Shown in pieces: positions 12,380 through 26,861 of a stretch of 64,000 nt of DNA. Source of the stretch: Callorhinchus milii (Eukaryota); NCBI RefSeq assembly GCF_018977255.1, contig NW_024704743.1, positions 30,444,001-30,508,000 of the forward strand, given 5' to 3'. The notes beneath the pieces are model-generated. The model searched no databases. It was not told the origin of the DNA and was given only the letters and a program-made list of their open reading frames with translations. Made by a program: the position numbers and the translations under genes. The first letter of the stretch is position 1. Every line of letters begins with the position of its first letter.

Positions 12380-12743
12380 TAATAATAATCCTTGCATTTG
12401 ATATAGCGCCTTATCACCTCTTTGAGATGTCTCAAAGAATATACTGTAAAGTGAATTGACTATATATTTTGTGGGTGAAACACGGCAGCCAATTGCACAC
12501 AGCAGTATCCCACAAATAGTCGTGGATTGAGTGACCAAATTATTATTATTTATTTATTGGAAGGGATTATTACCCCCAGAAAAGTGATCCACCAATTAAC
12601 TAACAACCGGGTTCCTACTTACTGCTAGGTGAACAGAGGCATGTGGAATAAGGAAACTTGCTCAACGTTTTACCCACTGGGAATCAAACCCAGGTCCTCT
12701 TGCTTACAAGGTGAGTACGCTAACCATTAAGCTACAGGACTCC
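12380..12743 (-). mobile_element. SINE family A, full-length long form
   Basis: Colinear with 997-1367 from the (AAT)n tail to the ...GCTACAGGACTCC head. Confidence 0.93.
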
Positions 12744-13159
12744 ATTGAGAATCAACCATGTAATCAACAATTGGAGCAAGTTATAGTGCTCAGAGATGTT
12801 ATCCTATGCAGAGGGCGCTATATAAATGCAAGTTGTTGTTGTCATTGTTGTTGTATATTGCATGTGTGGTGGAAGTGGAGGAATATATTATGGGTGAGGT
12901 GGGTGGAGAGAGAAGGAAGGCATTTTTCCAGTAAGCAAATTTGATGGACCTCTGGGTCTTTTTTCCCTCCTTCCCGTCTATGTGTCTCTTGTACTGTTCA
13001 ATATGAATTTACCAAAGCAAAATAAGCATACAGTTCACTATTTCATACAGATTTGGTGGAATACTGGCACTCGGTGTCTGCAAGCACAGTATTTTTTTAA
13101 AAGCCATTATTAATGGTTAGTTTGTTCAAAAATATTTCTTCACTGTAGTTAACACTGAT

Positions 13160-13410
13160 GGTGAGGGATTTGGTTCTTGGGCTCGACTGAGATCATCAAT
13201 GATGGACAGGCAAAAAGGGATGAGGGGCAGGAATGCTGGTTGATTTTTTTTCCTCCTTCTGGACTAGGGCCAAATTGTTATGACTTAGAGCAATGCTCCA
13301 GCTAGCTGAGATCAGCTCAGGAACCAAATTAAAGCCTCTCTAAATTGTGCAGGACAATCCCATCCCACAACTACATGTACAGTTACCCACTGAGCCATTA
13401 GAGGAAATTG
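13160..13410 (-). mobile_element. Old SINE-like family C fragment
   Basis: GCTGGTTGATTTTTTTTCC...GCTAGCTGAGATCAGCT...CCACTGAGCCAT resembles 28430-28600 and the reverse of 18430-18540. Confidence 0.55.
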
Positions 13411-15639
13411 GAAATGATGCTTGTTTACCAATAAAATCCAAATTTGCTCAATAAAAATCACTGCACAGGGATATGCACTGTGTCAAGAGCTAAATATGAG
13501 GTACACAACAGATGTTAAATTAGACACAGACAGAATAGGCTAAGCAGACAAGCTGTACTCAAGGCAGCTGAATATTAAAACAAATTAGAAGGATCGCATG
13601 CTGTAGATGTCAAATTAATGAGTTGTTTCATAAACTCAGTCAGTCTGCAGACAGATCAAGCACTTTATCATGACTGTCAGTCCTAGTTTCCATTAATCTG
13701 TGTGTGACGGTACACTACTCGCTATTGGCAAGGTAATGAGACAATTCTGTACTCATTTTACTGAGAAGTTAGATCAACGAAAATATATAGTCACTACATT
13801 TTACAGTGAAATCCTTCAAGACATTTTGATGATGTGATAAGGCACCAAATCAAATGCAAGAAACAATGACTGATGGTCATTCAGGTTCAGTTTGGCTCTG
13901 ATTGTAGCACTGTGTTCACTGGATTAGAGAATTTGGAGTTTGAGCCCCTTTCCTATTCTCCCGTTCCCTCACCTCTACATACAGCTTGTTAACCTCGTAA
14001 ACTAGACTGACGAGTATGTGTGTTTGTAACAAAAAAAAATTTAGACATGGAAAATACATATATACTTGATCAGCTTTGCTAGGCTAGAATCAGCAGTCTC
14101 TTATCTTTTGTTACTTACTTGCTTTTGCTTTGTGACCTACACTAAATGGCCTGTTTCTGTGCAAATTTCTATGGTCTTATGATGATTCCTGGCCCAGGGA
14201 GATCGTGTCTTTTGCTCTTTTTCAGCATATCAACCGTGGAACACAAACATTCAATCAAAAGAGGCCAGCATGTTCAGGAATAAACACTTCTGATTGACAA
14301 GGCAGTTCTCTCACAGCATTGTTTTGAAGTGTCAGCCAAGAGTTTGTGAGTTCACGTCCCAATGTAGAACATAAACCCATAACTTTATAACTCAGAAAAT
14401 CTACAAGGAGTAATCTGCAAAGTTTATGCAACTGTAAGAGTCATGGTACGTAATATAGTCAGTTTAAGGCCTGAATATTTATCAGCGGCTTCAGGAGATG
14501 AATGAAAAAAATTGAAGGGTGAATAAAAAATCTATCATGTGAATGCTGGTACCTCACATGCGCAGTAAACGGAGAGGTCTATAACCATTCAGTAGAGAAT
14601 TTAGTATAGTAAGTGATTGTACCCACTGCTTTCATTACACAGGTGAATGTTTCCCAGTGGAAAAATCATAGTTAATGAAACAAGGGTCATACTGGGGCTG
14701 ATAGAATGACCAGAGGCTGCAGTGCCAAAAAGAGAGCAGAGAGGCCTGAACTAATGAGATGCCCGTCTCTGAGGTGCAGAGTATTTTGGATAAAAAAGCA
14801 TGCAAATACCAATCTCATTACAGAACAGTCTTCGAGAACCAAGCAGGTTGTAGGTTATAATGAGTTGTGTGCTATAGGGGATGTCTTTCAACATTGCATT
14901 AAATGTAGCATTAAAAAGGTCAAGAGCCAATAACACAAATAGGAAAGAAATGTTTCCTTTAATGGAGTTTGGTGTCCTGCTGATACTTTGTGGCCTGCAG
15001 GGCCTCAAACCTGTGCTTTGCCATTTTAATTAGTGCTGTTCCTTGCCTCTATACAAATAAAATATTAAAGTAATATCAATGAATCCATTCACATCTATTT
15101 CCCACATGTATACTAGTATATCAATGAGAAAATATATGCCTTATGTGACACTCTGTGAATTCCGAAGTCAAATCAAGCTGAGAATAATAGGTCGAAGGCC
15201 ATTACTTGCATACTGTATTAAAAACAAAGGACATTCTTCACCACTTGATCATTGGAGTTAGTTCATTTTGATTTAAATAAATCTAATGTGCTTTCAAAGT
15301 CAAGTCTTACTTAAATATTCTGCAGTGAGACACTCTGGACTTACTCGATTGTCTAGCAGGTAAAAGCCTCGCACCAAACACTTATAAGAACTGTGCAACT
15401 CCCGTTAGAACCCAGCATCCCAGATCCAGAAATATTGGACATCACTTTATAATGAGTCCGTAAATAAAATGGCCACTGGACTCGCAACTGGCTCCTGACC
15501 TCACTGCCACCATTTCCGTTGCAAATTAGCGGTTCTTGCACATAGAACACAATAAACCTTTTTGGTTATCATAGAAATAACAAAATAGCACAGATTTATG
15601 CCATAAATCAAGAAACATTTTAGAAGTTGGCAACCACTG

Positions 15640-16560
15640 CAGTAGACAATAGATCATGACAGATTATTTAATCCTATTTCGCCACTTTTTTCGCATTCCC
15701 CTTATCCCCTAACTTCTCAAGGGTTTATTTGCAGAACAAGCAGTACATTCCAGAATCTCACGCATGAAGAAACATTTTCCTTTTTGACTGCTAACTGTGC
15801 TAGCTCTGATTCTAATATTAGGAGCCCTTGTTTTTGTCTTCTTCCCCAAAGGGAACAGGAAGAATCATCCACTATCAAGATTGTCAAATTGCCTCATTGT
15901 TTAAAACCCCTGAATCAGATTACTTCTTAACTTCCTCATCTTCTAGGAATATAAACCAAGTCGACTCAGTTTCTTATCGTGGCTAACAACAATTTTATAT
16001 CAATATAATGCCTTTCACTTGGGGAGTACATCTCAAAGTATGTTGAACAGCTAAGACCCTTCACCCCAGGTATTAATCTAATGAATTGTTGCCTCTGTAC
16101 TTAAATCAGGAGCAGGAACCCATGCTGATTTCTCACCACCACTGAGATTAATTGTAGTGTCCTAATTGCTGCCCCACCTGAGATTACCTCACTCAGAACA
16201 GACTGGGATCCTAACATGTTACTGTCACAATATTGGTTCAGATGAAGAAGAGAAAAGACACTGTGCAACCTTCGGATCCTATCTGATCTCATCTCTGCAG
16301 AATACTCACCCTACCGTCCTCCCATCAAGCTGCTTTTTAAATGAGTCCAGTGTCCTGGCCTCATCCATTCTTTCTGGCAATCTGGGAAAAGAAACACTTC
16401 CTGCTGTGTCTCCTGAAATTGTAATTTCCCACTTTAAACCTATGTATTCTTGTTCTACTCTCCTGGTGCATCCTAAAGTATACTCTGGGTTTACTTTTTT
16501 CATTCCCATTTAAAATGTTATACACTTCTGTGAGGTCCCCTCTGAATTTTCTTCTCTCAA
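15640..16560 (-). mobile_element. Degenerate CR1 3' fragments (at least two pieces)
   Basis: Minus-strand remnant GMKKVNPEY...LKWEITISGDTAGSVSFP...EARTLDSFKKQLD, plus a second remnant at 15640-16090. Confidence 0.7.
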
Positions 16561-17579
16561 GGGCGGGAAGGGTAGGGGTAGGAGGGTGACCGAAGGCACG
16601 GTCGAAGAGGCCGTTTTACAGCCAACATTTTGCATCTGAATTTTGTTCTATTTTCAGGACCTTGCTCGGCTGAGAAAAGTCTCAAAGACAAAATACCAGC
16701 TGCCATCATGATTACCAGTTAGCGAATAACACCTTTTGTGTTTCACCTCAAGTATTTATAATATTAATCCTTGCAATTGATGTAGCGCCTTATCACGTCA
16801 CTGAGACATCTCAAAGCGGTTCACAGAATATACTATAAAGTGGAGTCTGTATATTTTGTGGAGTGAAATGCAGCCAATTTGAGATTGAGGATTTAGGTCA
16901 CATGGACCATAATAACCCAACTGAGGCTACATTCCCACAAATAACTAGCTTGGTTTGCGTTCTCAGCATCTGAGAACGTCAACTTTAACCACAGCAACTT
17001 GCACCACAATAACTGTACATATAGTACTTACTATAACCTTACTGTAAAAAAACACAGCCAGGACACAACTAACACAGAATCAAAAGAACCCCTTCTCCCC
17101 CACTGCTCTCCCCCCAACCTCCCAAACACACAGTCTTGTTCTCAGCTTCTGTAAGCATCTTCCCCATTAACCAGCTTGTCCTCACACCACAGAATGGCTA
17201 GCATTCTGTACGAAAGGCACCCACAGTGAGACATAACAAAATTAAGGGCTGACTTTTGATTTAAGACTTTTAACCTATTGGCTCAGAGCTCTATAAATTA
17301 TTTTCTCAATCTCAATAATATTATGCACAAAAACACACGCACATATCCTCACTAAATATTATACAAGAAGTTACTGAACAGATGAAATACAATGCAATAA
17401 GTTTCCGATTATAAAAGGTCACTATTTGTATCAACTGTTTGTGATAGAGACAACATTTCTTCCTGTTGAGAAATAAACCTATACAGCTCACAAATAACAA
17501 GTGGTCTCCAATCTTGCAGAATAAGCAGACTTTATGTGCAGTAAACAAATTGACTTACAGGACTCTATGCAGTTTTATA

Positions 17580-17730
17580 TTCATAGGATTATAGAGCACA
17601 GAAGGAGGCCATTCGGCCCATCGTGTCTATGCCGGCTCTTTAAAAAATCCTATCCAAATCAATCCCATTCCCCAGCTCTCTCCCCACAACCCTGCAAACT
17701 TGTCCTCCCCAAATAATTATCTAACCTCCC
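17580..17730 (-). mobile_element. CR1 3' UTR terminus
   Basis: Near-identical to 11615-11755 (GCACAGAAGGAGGCCATTCGGCCCATCGTGTCT...CCCTGCAAACTT). Confidence 0.9.
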
Positions 17731-17995
17731 CGAAGGATTATTTATCCTCCCCAAATAACAAGACTAGTTGTTATTTAAATTAGTCTTGAACAACTTTACA
17801 TTGATGGTGTGTCTTTCATATTGGGAGGACTTCTCAAAGTACTTCTCAAAATAGTTGACTGGGAGCCCGAGTTGGGGGGAGGCGGGTAAACATAAAGATT
17901 TCATCTTCTCTGAGACTGAACAGGTACGTGAATTTAATTTTTATTTACTAAAATAGCATTGCCAAATGACTTCACATGGGTTTCAATATTTGATT

Positions 17996-18255
17996 TAATA
18001 ATAATAATAATTCTTACATTTGGTATAATACCTTTCAGGATTGGGGGGACAAAGTGCTTGATAGGATATACTGTAAAGTGCAGTGATTGTGTGTTTTGAA
18101 GGCAAACACGGCAGCCAATTTTGTGCACAGCGATGTCACACATGAAATGAATGACCAATTTTATTTGGGGGATTGTTGGTCAAGACATCAGGAGAAACTC
18201 TCTTCTCTTTTTGAATAGTGTCATGGGATCTTTAAAGTCTCCCTGAACAGGCAGA
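17996..18255 (-). mobile_element. DeuSINE 3' two-thirds
   Basis: L2-type tail, GGCAGCCAATTTTGTGCACAGC and GAATAGTGTCATGGGATCTTTAA Deu-like core. Confidence 0.8.
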
Positions 18256-18379
18256 ACTGCATTGGAGAGTCATGTTAGACTCTATGCGTTGCGAGTCCCA
18301 TCGTGGGGAGTTTTTCCTGTTTACGTTTTTTATGTTTTTCTGGAATTTAAGAGGCACGTGTTCCGATCAGTTAGCGGGA

Positions 18380-18760
18380 AAAAAGGACCTGGCCGGTGTA
18401 GGGATAGACCACACAGGCTGGAAGGTTGTAGGTTCATATCCCAGGCCGAACTGATCACAGCTAGGAAGGAGCTGGGCCAGGACAAATGGTCTCAGCAGGA
18501 TTGTAGAGGAGAAAGTCAGCCAGGGTTTTCACTTCTGATTATTATCAAGTGACACCTGCTGTTAGGTGCAGGTGTGAATATCGGATAAGTACTCAATAGG
18601 GCTCAGCGAAGACATTGCCCTTTCCTCAGTCGAATAGCCTGTCAGCGCTTGCTGTCAATGCTCACACATGAATCACAACCTCGTGGGTGATGTTCCTGCA
18701 AACACATGTGGAACAGTACTCCAGCGGATGGGAAAAGAGTAACGATCTCTCTTTCCATGC
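18380..18760 (+). mobile_element. Old SINE-like family C
   Basis: tRNA-like AGGTTCATATCCCAGG then TCAGCCAGGGTT..CTGAT..AGTGAC.CCTGCTG..GAATAGCCTG..GCTCACACATGAA, shared with 28190-28610 and 49290-49570. Confidence 0.6.
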
Positions 18761-19992
18761 AAAAATAAGAGTGCCAATAATCTCCAGGTTTATTCCTGAG
18801 GAACTGCGACTTAAGCAACCGTATCCCAGCATAGGTTTTTTAAGGAGAGAAGGAAGAAAAAATGGGAAGGGAATGAAATTCACTGTATTCCTTTTCACCA
18901 ATACTATGACCTTCTTACTGTAAAATGACCTAACCTTAGAAATCAATGTTAATCCAGTTTGACGATGTTTTCACAAACTCAGAAAAAGCTGAGTTCATGT
19001 GGTTTGTCGACCTCTTTTGACTCCATTTATCTTGAATAACATGTATTTTCAGCAAGGCTGAGGTTGCATGAAAGCAAATGTTTTGTGGCTTCACCAGTGG
19101 TATTTTTCGTGTCCAGCACATTGGCAAACAAAATGAGCATTCTCCTTAACCTAAGGGAAAGAGCAATTTACTGCCCTCAACGGGGCCAAAACTAGAGTGA
19201 GGCATGCAATCAACTGAGTTAACTTAGCTAAAGAGTTACAAATGAACACTTGTGGCTTGTGGGTTCTTTTCCCCCCAACCGAGCGCTAAAATAGTCTGCT
19301 GGAACCAACATTCAGCATAACAGGGAGCAATGAGTGGCAATAAAACACTTGCTGTCAAGTAACTGCTAAACCAAGCAGAAATAGCAAGCGTTATCTTTTC
19401 TTCTGTATCTTTATGTGCTCTTTCATAAAGTTTTAAAAAAAGCTTTTAATTCTAATACATAGTTATTCTGATACACAGACATCAGTGCTTAGTCGGCAGA
19501 CTACTCTGCCTTTCATTTTGTGAGTGAGTGAGTGAGTGAGTGAAGCTCTCCACCTTTTTCTTACAATAACAATAAAGCTGGATGTGTCCCAGACCAGAGA
19601 GAGTGAGGCACATATACTGTGGCTTAGGCCTCATGCCTGGGAATGTTAACTGGCATGTATGCTCTATAGGTATAGTCACACGCTCAGTTTCCACCCAGAG
19701 CACAGTGAAAGATGGATTTGGATAATAAATAAAGATTTTCAACACTGAAAGAGAATCACAGAAGTTACAGAAGGAGGTCATTCATTCCCAATCAAAACAT
19801 CCCCAGCTCGGGTGCAAATTATGGACTCTCCAGGTTCTTGGGATGTCCTCCCAATGTGAGAAGCACTATATAAATGATATATATATATATATATAGATCC
19901 TGAACACCGAGAGTGCTATGAACTCAGCCAGACTGAAATTAGGAGCTAGCAAGTGGTTTAAGTTATTCAGCTCATAATATTCTATTTAAGAA

Positions 19993-20585
19993 TAAATAAT
20001 AAATAATCTTTGCATTTGATATAGCGCCTTATATTATCAAGATGTCTCAAAGCGCTTCAAGGGATATACTGCAAAGTGGTTTAACTGTGCATTTCTGTAT
20101 ATTAAGACCTTTCTTTTCGACCGCGCCTTTGGTCACCTTCCCACCCCTCCCCCTGGCTCGGTCCCGGGATCCTAAACTGTGAAGCACTCTGAGACGCTGT
20201 CTGGCGTGGAGAGCATTATATAATTCCAGGTTATTGTTGTTGTTATTTTGTGGGTGAAACCCGGAAGCCAGTTGCATACAGGAATGTCCCACACAGCCAT
20301 GAAGTGATTGACCTATTTTATTTGGGGGATTGTTGGCCAGGACACTGGGAGAATCTCCCTGATCTTTTTGAATAGTGTCATAGGATCCTTAACCTCCACC
20401 TGAACAGGAGGTGGGATCTCGTTTTAACGTCTCACGTGAAGGACAACACCTCCAATAATGCAGAACACCCCCAGCACTGCATTGGAGTGGCAGCTTAGAC
20501 GATGTGATTCCAAGTCCCCATGTGGGGCTTGATCCCACAACCTTCTGACTCAGAGATGTGAGTGCTACCACTGAGCCAGGCTGAC
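19993..20585 (-). mobile_element. Minus-strand DeuSINE (head at 20585) interrupted by a plus-strand L2 3' tip (about 20100-20245)
   Basis: Head GTCAGCCTGGCTCAGTGGTAGCACTC..TCTGAGTCAGAAGGTTGTGGG on the reverse strand; L2 tip AAGACCTTTCTTTTCGACCGCGCCTTTGG...(TTG)n. Confidence 0.85.
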
Positions 20586-21779
20586 ACACAAAAATATACA
20601 AGGATGCACCATCACATCGTTCTCAGTACCACTGTCCACAAAGCTGGGTGGCACATTCATTTTCTGCCTCATCAATCAGAGCATGTGACTCCCGGATAGT
20701 ATGATAGTCATTTTACTAAACAAAAACCTCTGAGCAAACACGTTCGCTGACTAACTGGCAGTACAATACACGGACTGCAGTGGAGTACCACAAACTACCT
20801 GTGACATTCTACAGCAGATGGTCTGTTTTATGAGACAATCATTCCTGTCGCCAATGATCCTTTAGATTCTCAATGTCAGAGTGGCCTCACGTATAATAGC
20901 AAGCTATTTTTGTGAGGACTTCATACTGCAAGATTTCATGCATGAATTAATATATGACTGCTGTTATCAGTCTATAGTATGGACTCATAAATGCAAACAA
21001 GGCATTGTGTCAGTAACCCATTTCCAGTTGCATTATACAAGTGTTGTCTTCAACTCTCTGAGTCCTTTTCTCTCAAACTTTCATTTCGTTTTTTAAAATT
21101 TAATCATTTCTATTCCAATAGAAAACAAACAACCCATCCCAATATCTTCACTCCATCTTTGCTTTCAAAATCATTAAGACAGGAATATTGTATTACATTT
21201 CATAGAGGTGCTGTCACACAATAAAATGAAAGAGATTAGTTTGAGACTATCAACCGCAATGATTTAGGTATTTTAATCTACTGTCATTGTAAGGTTCCAG
21301 CACAGAGAATGTCTTCAATAAATGTCAAGCTACAGGAAATAACATTTATGGATTTTGAATCTCCATATTTTTTCAGAAACACATAAAGATTGATTATGTT
21401 CATACCATAGAATTCATGTACTGGCAACCAAGACTATGCATAAGCAATGAGCATGGACTCAATGTGACAATGGTTGTGCTCCCTGAGTTTCTGGATTGAA
21501 GTTCAGAGATGTGTAATCCAGTCTAGATGGGTCACTTAAATCAAGGTTTAACCCAATTCAACGTCCGGTAACCATATACAACAGAAAAGTTTGCAACCGC
21601 TCTCCTTCCTTTAAATAGTGTGTTTAACCTTTCTCCAACTTCCATCCAGAGTCAGTTCCATTCTCACGTACAAAATTCTTACAGAACAGTGCACCCTAAA
21701 GGATTACAAGTGAGCTATGGAATCAAAAATAAATTAAAATCTCTTGGAAATTTTGCCAATCCCCCTTTGACTGATGATG

Positions 21780-22070
21780 CGTCGGGCGAGAGAATTTGAT
21801 CGAGGTGTTTACGATTATAAAAAGATTTGATAAGTTGAACAACAACTTGCATTTATATAGCGCCCTTCATACGTGTTAGCGTCCCAGAGCGCTTGACATT
21901 GATAAGCTGTTTCCATTTGTTGCTGAGTCCGTAACTAGAGGACGTAAACATAAGATAGATAGTGGTAGATCTAAACAGGAAGTTTTGGAGGAACGTCTTC
22001 ACACAGAGGGTAGCGAGAATGTGGAACTCACTGCAGGGAGTTGTGATTGATGCAAATAACATCAACGTTT
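21780..22070 (+). mobile_element. CR1 3' ORF2 fragment containing a short minus-strand L2 tail (about 21838-21893)
   Basis: RENLIEVFTIIKRFD...RKFWRNVFTQRVARMWNSL. Confidence 0.85.
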
Positions 22071-23702
22071 TGACTGCGCTTTCAGTCATCTTTCTCTTCA
22101 CCACCCCCTCAGCTCCCACCCTCAGCTTGGGTACCAAGACAATATTATTAAGCACCTAGGCACCTCCTCCCAATATAAAAGGCACTATATAAATGTAAAT
22201 TTGTATTGTATTATTGCAAATCACTCCAAACTGTGTTCTACATTTCTTTCCATTTCCTGGAATAAAGAACTGCTGATTTATTAGAAGATGCGTAACCACA
22301 GCAGTGGTGCCAGAATAAACCTGTTTAAAGTTAGTTATTGAATTAAATAATACTTTAAAATATTTACAGCCCAGAACTTATTTCAAATGAGCCTCAAAGT
22401 ATAAATTGTAGATTTATGAGCCCTATAGAAAGCTGGTGTCTATGACAGGCCACTATACTGCAGTTTACTCTTCTAATTACTGCAGAATTTAAATACTTAT
22501 AAATGTCCAAAGACAAGATGTAAACAAACAGAAATGTTAATTGCATGTGGCTGTACGCTTCCTCCTACATATCACAGACTGGTGAGAAATGATGATGTTT
22601 CACTAAAGAGCCCTCAATGACAGACTCAAAGCAAACCCGGAATGTTTGCTGATTTGATCATTTTGCTCTCTTTAAAAGAGAGATACAACAACAACAACAA
22701 CTTGCATTTATATAGCATCCTTCATGCGGGCTAGCCTTCCAGAGATCTCTAATGTGTACTGGTTATGTTGGATTTTTTGCCTACAAATACACTATACCTC
22801 ACAGTAAAATTCTGTGAAGCACTTTGATATGTCTTGGAGACAAGGTAAGTTACTACCTAAAATTATATAATAAAAGCTCCAATATTTTTCTGAAATGTGA
22901 GGGGGAGGGAGGAAGGGTCAAAAATCACAATACAATACTTGCAATATAAAATTCTGCCGGTAAGCAGAAATAGATGTGCTTACTTAAGGGAACACCACAT
23001 TGGAGCAACTGGAAATAAATCCAGTTGGAGCTCCATTGGGTCAATGTGATGAACTTTTTGTTATCAGCAGGACTCAATATTTGTGAATAATGTGAGACTC
23101 AAGTCTGGAGTACCAGGTTTTTNACCTCATTATAATCAGACATGGATAGACACCATTGGAATTTGAACTCAAGAGGTACTTTATTTGGCCTTTGTTAGGT
23201 GGAAAGGTTGTGATCTACTAATAGGTCAATGATCTTTCACCCAATCTCTCTGCTTCCGAGTGCTCAAATGGTATATCATTGAGAGGAAAATTAATAAGTT
23301 CTGCAACTAATATTTACTCTAGAAAATACATTTTAAAGACTTGCTTCCTGGTATAGATGTTTGGTGGAAAGCAATTTGACCTGATATATCTGAACGGGTA
23401 TGGTTTGAATGAAAGGGAATGATCAAAATTCTCTGTAAGGGCTGGCTATTTGACACTGATCCTTATTGAAGGAAACATCCTCATATCAGTAGTCTTCAGC
23501 TGTGCCATATCAGAATGAAAATCCGCTGTATTGAACATCCTGTAGTAGCGAGAGATTTAAGCATGAGGGATGTGTGTGTGATATTTGATATGACATGCAT
23601 TGCCTTATCACAAATCTGCAACCCTGAATCATGAACCACCAATTATTATTCCTTTTCCAATACAAACTTTGCTAGTTAATCCCGATAAACCTTTTTCAAG
23701 AG

Positions 23703-24087
23703 TAATAATAATCCTTGCGTTTGATTTCGTGCTTTACCACGTCAACAAAACATTTCAAAGCACTTCACAGGATTTATTGTAAAATGTAGTAACTCTGTAT
23801 TTGTGACTGTATAGTTGAACACAGCAGCCAATTTGCACATAGCAATGTCTCACAAACAACCATTAGATGAATGACCAATTTTGTCCAGGGGATTGTTGGC
23901 CAGAAACCCCCTATTCTTTTCAAGTAGTGTGTTAAAAATCCACCTGAACAGGTAGACATGGGATCAGTTTAAAGTCTCATCCTGTGACAATTCAACTCTG
24001 TTTTAGAGTATCAGCAATGAGCTCAAAGTCCCAACAAACATCCTATGACTTGGAGGTGAGAGTGTTACCAACTGAGCCAGGCTGACA
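23703..24087 (-). mobile_element. DeuSINE, internally deleted
   Basis: Tail, Deu-like core and head ...CCAACTGAGCCAGGCTGAC are all present. Confidence 0.8.
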
Positions 24088-24647
24088 TGTGAATAAGATC
24101 CCTTCAAGCCATTAAAATATATATTTTTTAAATGAACACAGTAAACACAATATCTCCTGTTCCTAATGAAATGAGGAATCAAGGAACAGCTATGTTCCTC
24201 GTTTACAGGATAATCAAGATTCAACAGCCATGTGGAGGTCATGTAACAAGGGCTATCATTTTCTTGTTAGCAAGCTTTATTTTTGCTCTGACATTTGCAT
24301 TTTTTACCACTGTTTAAAAATAACAGCTACTAAAGCAGGAGAGGATATTAATTTCTGTTTTGTACACGCCTGAAGTGGTGATGCTGAATGTTAATAACTG
24401 TCTGTAATCTGAACTGTGTGAACAGATAAGAGATTAACACTTCAACATCCCACAATACAGTATTAAAATATTATTTGGATATAGTCATGAAGCACATTCA
24501 TTTTGCCAAAACACCTGTTTAATAGACTGCTGAATGCAGTTTTCAAATACATATTTACCAGTCTGACATGACTAAATGGTTGATCAAGATCAAAGTATTG
24601 TGGGTATATGTTAAATGGGATGCAATACAGAATAAAATTAGGCGTAT

Positions 24648-24875
24648 GTCAGCTGGTCAGTGTGGCTCAGTTTGTAGCATTCCTGCCTCTGAATCAGAAG
24701 GTTGTGGGTTCAGTACTTGGAACTCATATACTCAATGTAATGCTGGGGATGTGTTGCCTTGTTGGATGGTACCATATTTTTAGATGAGACATTGAACTGA
24801 GGTCCCATCTCCCTGTTCAGGTGGACGTTAAAGATCCCATGGCACTATTCGAAAAGAAAAGTGAGTTTCTCCCAA
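24648..24875 (+). mobile_element. DeuSINE 5' half
   Basis: TGGCTCAGTTTGTAGCATTCCTGCCTCTGAATCAGAAGGTTGTGGGTTCA...CAGGTGGACGTTAAAGATCCCATGGCACTATTCG. Confidence 0.85.
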
Positions 24876-25398
24876 CAACCAGCAACGATAGAACTGCACC
24901 ACAGCAAGAGGAGACTGGGTGTTAGGAACAGAGGCATATGCCAATGGGAAGAAAATTTGAAAACAAATTGAAAATTAAAATATCCTGAATAAATATCACA
25001 TTAATCTGGCAATCGCAATGTAAAAATATAGGTACTGTAATACATTCACAGCTCGCGGGAATATTTCCCGATGAGAATCACATAGAAAGAGGACTTTAGA
25101 GCATTGGTTTGGATGCTTCATTTGGTGTCACTCCACTCCACTGGGAGTAAAAGGTTCCTTTGGCTAATCCCATTGGAAATGTGTACTGTATGTCAGATAT
25201 CTTGTTGCAACATTTTGTTTTGTAATTGTTTGTAAGTTCTTCAGCACAGCAAACATTAATACCCACAAAGTCAACCAGGAAGCAGTGGTTGAATTCTACC
25301 ATCAGCCATGTCTCAACAAATATTGCAATATAACACCATTTACATTTAAATAGCGCCTTTCAAATGCAAATATGCCCCAACTTCTAAATAACAGCACG

Positions 25399-25516
25399 TG
25401 GGAAGAAATTCCACTTGGATCTGGATTTACTCTATTTATGTAATTTTTTAGAGTGTCCAGAAATTGGTAAATTATTAAAGGCAGTCTTAATTCTGAAAGT
25501 GGTTTTCCGTATATTC
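25399..25516 (+). repeat. Unclassified repeat E (homologue at 38420-38497 plus about 41766-41800)
   Basis: GAGAAATTCCA..TGG.T...GATTTACTCTATTTATGTAA...TGTCCAGAA.TTGG.AAATT is shared between the two loci. Confidence 0.8.
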
Positions 25517-26861
25517 CTTTAAGATACTACAAAAAACAAGTTCAATGGTAAGACTGCATGATTTTCTGTATGTTCTTACACTTTAAAACAAATAACTTTA
25601 AAGTCTAAGAAAATTTTGAGAGACATTTCAGACCCCAGAGGAATTGCCTGTGCTTTACAATAATTTTGTTTAATAAGTACAATGCATTGTCATTGTGATG
25701 TGAATAATGATTTTAAACACATGGGTTTACAAACACACAAAGTTACAAATCCATGCTAAGAATTGTTTTATGATGATCAAACCCCTTTAAACACTGAAGC
25801 TGTGCATCTGTCGATTGTAACGTGACCAGCTTTCTGCAGACACAAAGAGAAAGCTCACATCTTCTTCCTCTCTTGTATAAGTTTAATGTCAGCCACGGGA
25901 GTGATATTTATTTCTACGTTTTCTTTGAAAGGAATTTCAGGCTTGGTTTTCCGCTCTGTTTGCTGTACCTCCTGTGGACCGGTGATGTGTCAGACTGACC
26001 AAAGGCTGTGTTTGAAAGTAGAAGTGTTCTATTCTGCTGCTGATGGAATGCACAGTATGTCAAGTGAATCAGAGTGTAAACAGGCTCAGGAAGGCGAAAA
26101 ATACAGGATCTCCAACAGACACAATAGAATGACCTTCTCTTCAACTTCTTTGGGTAACCGCATCATTAACTGTAGATTTAAAGAAATAAAGGAAATGCGC
26201 AACTGTTTCAATGACTCGGTGTACAGTCTGTGCAATGAACCTGCTAAACTTCTGTACCAAAGAATTGCCTGGCAGATTTACAGTCTTATTATTGAGCTCG
26301 GTCTTTTTCATTTGCAAGCTTGTGACGCCTGCCATACAATGACGTGACTCACTTGTGGCCTTTGGTACAAGGGTTGCAGCTCTGGAAAAGCAGCAGTGTG
26401 AAGACAGTTCAGCAGGGGCAGTACTCTGTATACCAAGAACAAGAGAAGTCCCATGGCTTATTCAGGGTCCAGAGGGAAGAGGTGGGGGTGGGGATAGTGT
26501 GGAAACGCTCTAATATACCCATGGTCCAAGGAGGCCACTCTGTTATAACCAGAGTCTGGGGGTTGCTCTGTTATAGCCGGAGTCTGTTGTAAGCAATCAG
26601 AAGTAAATGAACAGCATAGCTTCCTGTGACTGGATGAAAATCTGTCTATCACTGGAGCAAAGGCTGCCTCAGAATGACAACCATTTCCACTTCTCTCGGA
26701 GAGCCTCTCCGGCCCCCTCTTCATCTTAACATCAATCTTCCAGCCTGCTCCATGTCTCTGATATTTCCTCACACAGTTGTTCTCCAGGTCCTCATTCACG
26801 TTTCTAAAATCCACTCCCCCAACTCTATCATATTATTAATAATTATTATTAAAAATAATAA

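Noticed and set aside
15345..15535. Minus-strand coding exon ending at CGA|GTAAGT
   Set aside because: There are stops in all three frames from the plausible acceptor, and the peptide is unrecognised.
22589..22653. C/D box snoRNA (ATGATGA...CTGA)
   Set aside because: The terminal stem is weak and I could not recognise an rRNA or snRNA guide.
23123..23123. Ambiguous base n
   Set aside because: This is an assembly ambiguity, not biology.
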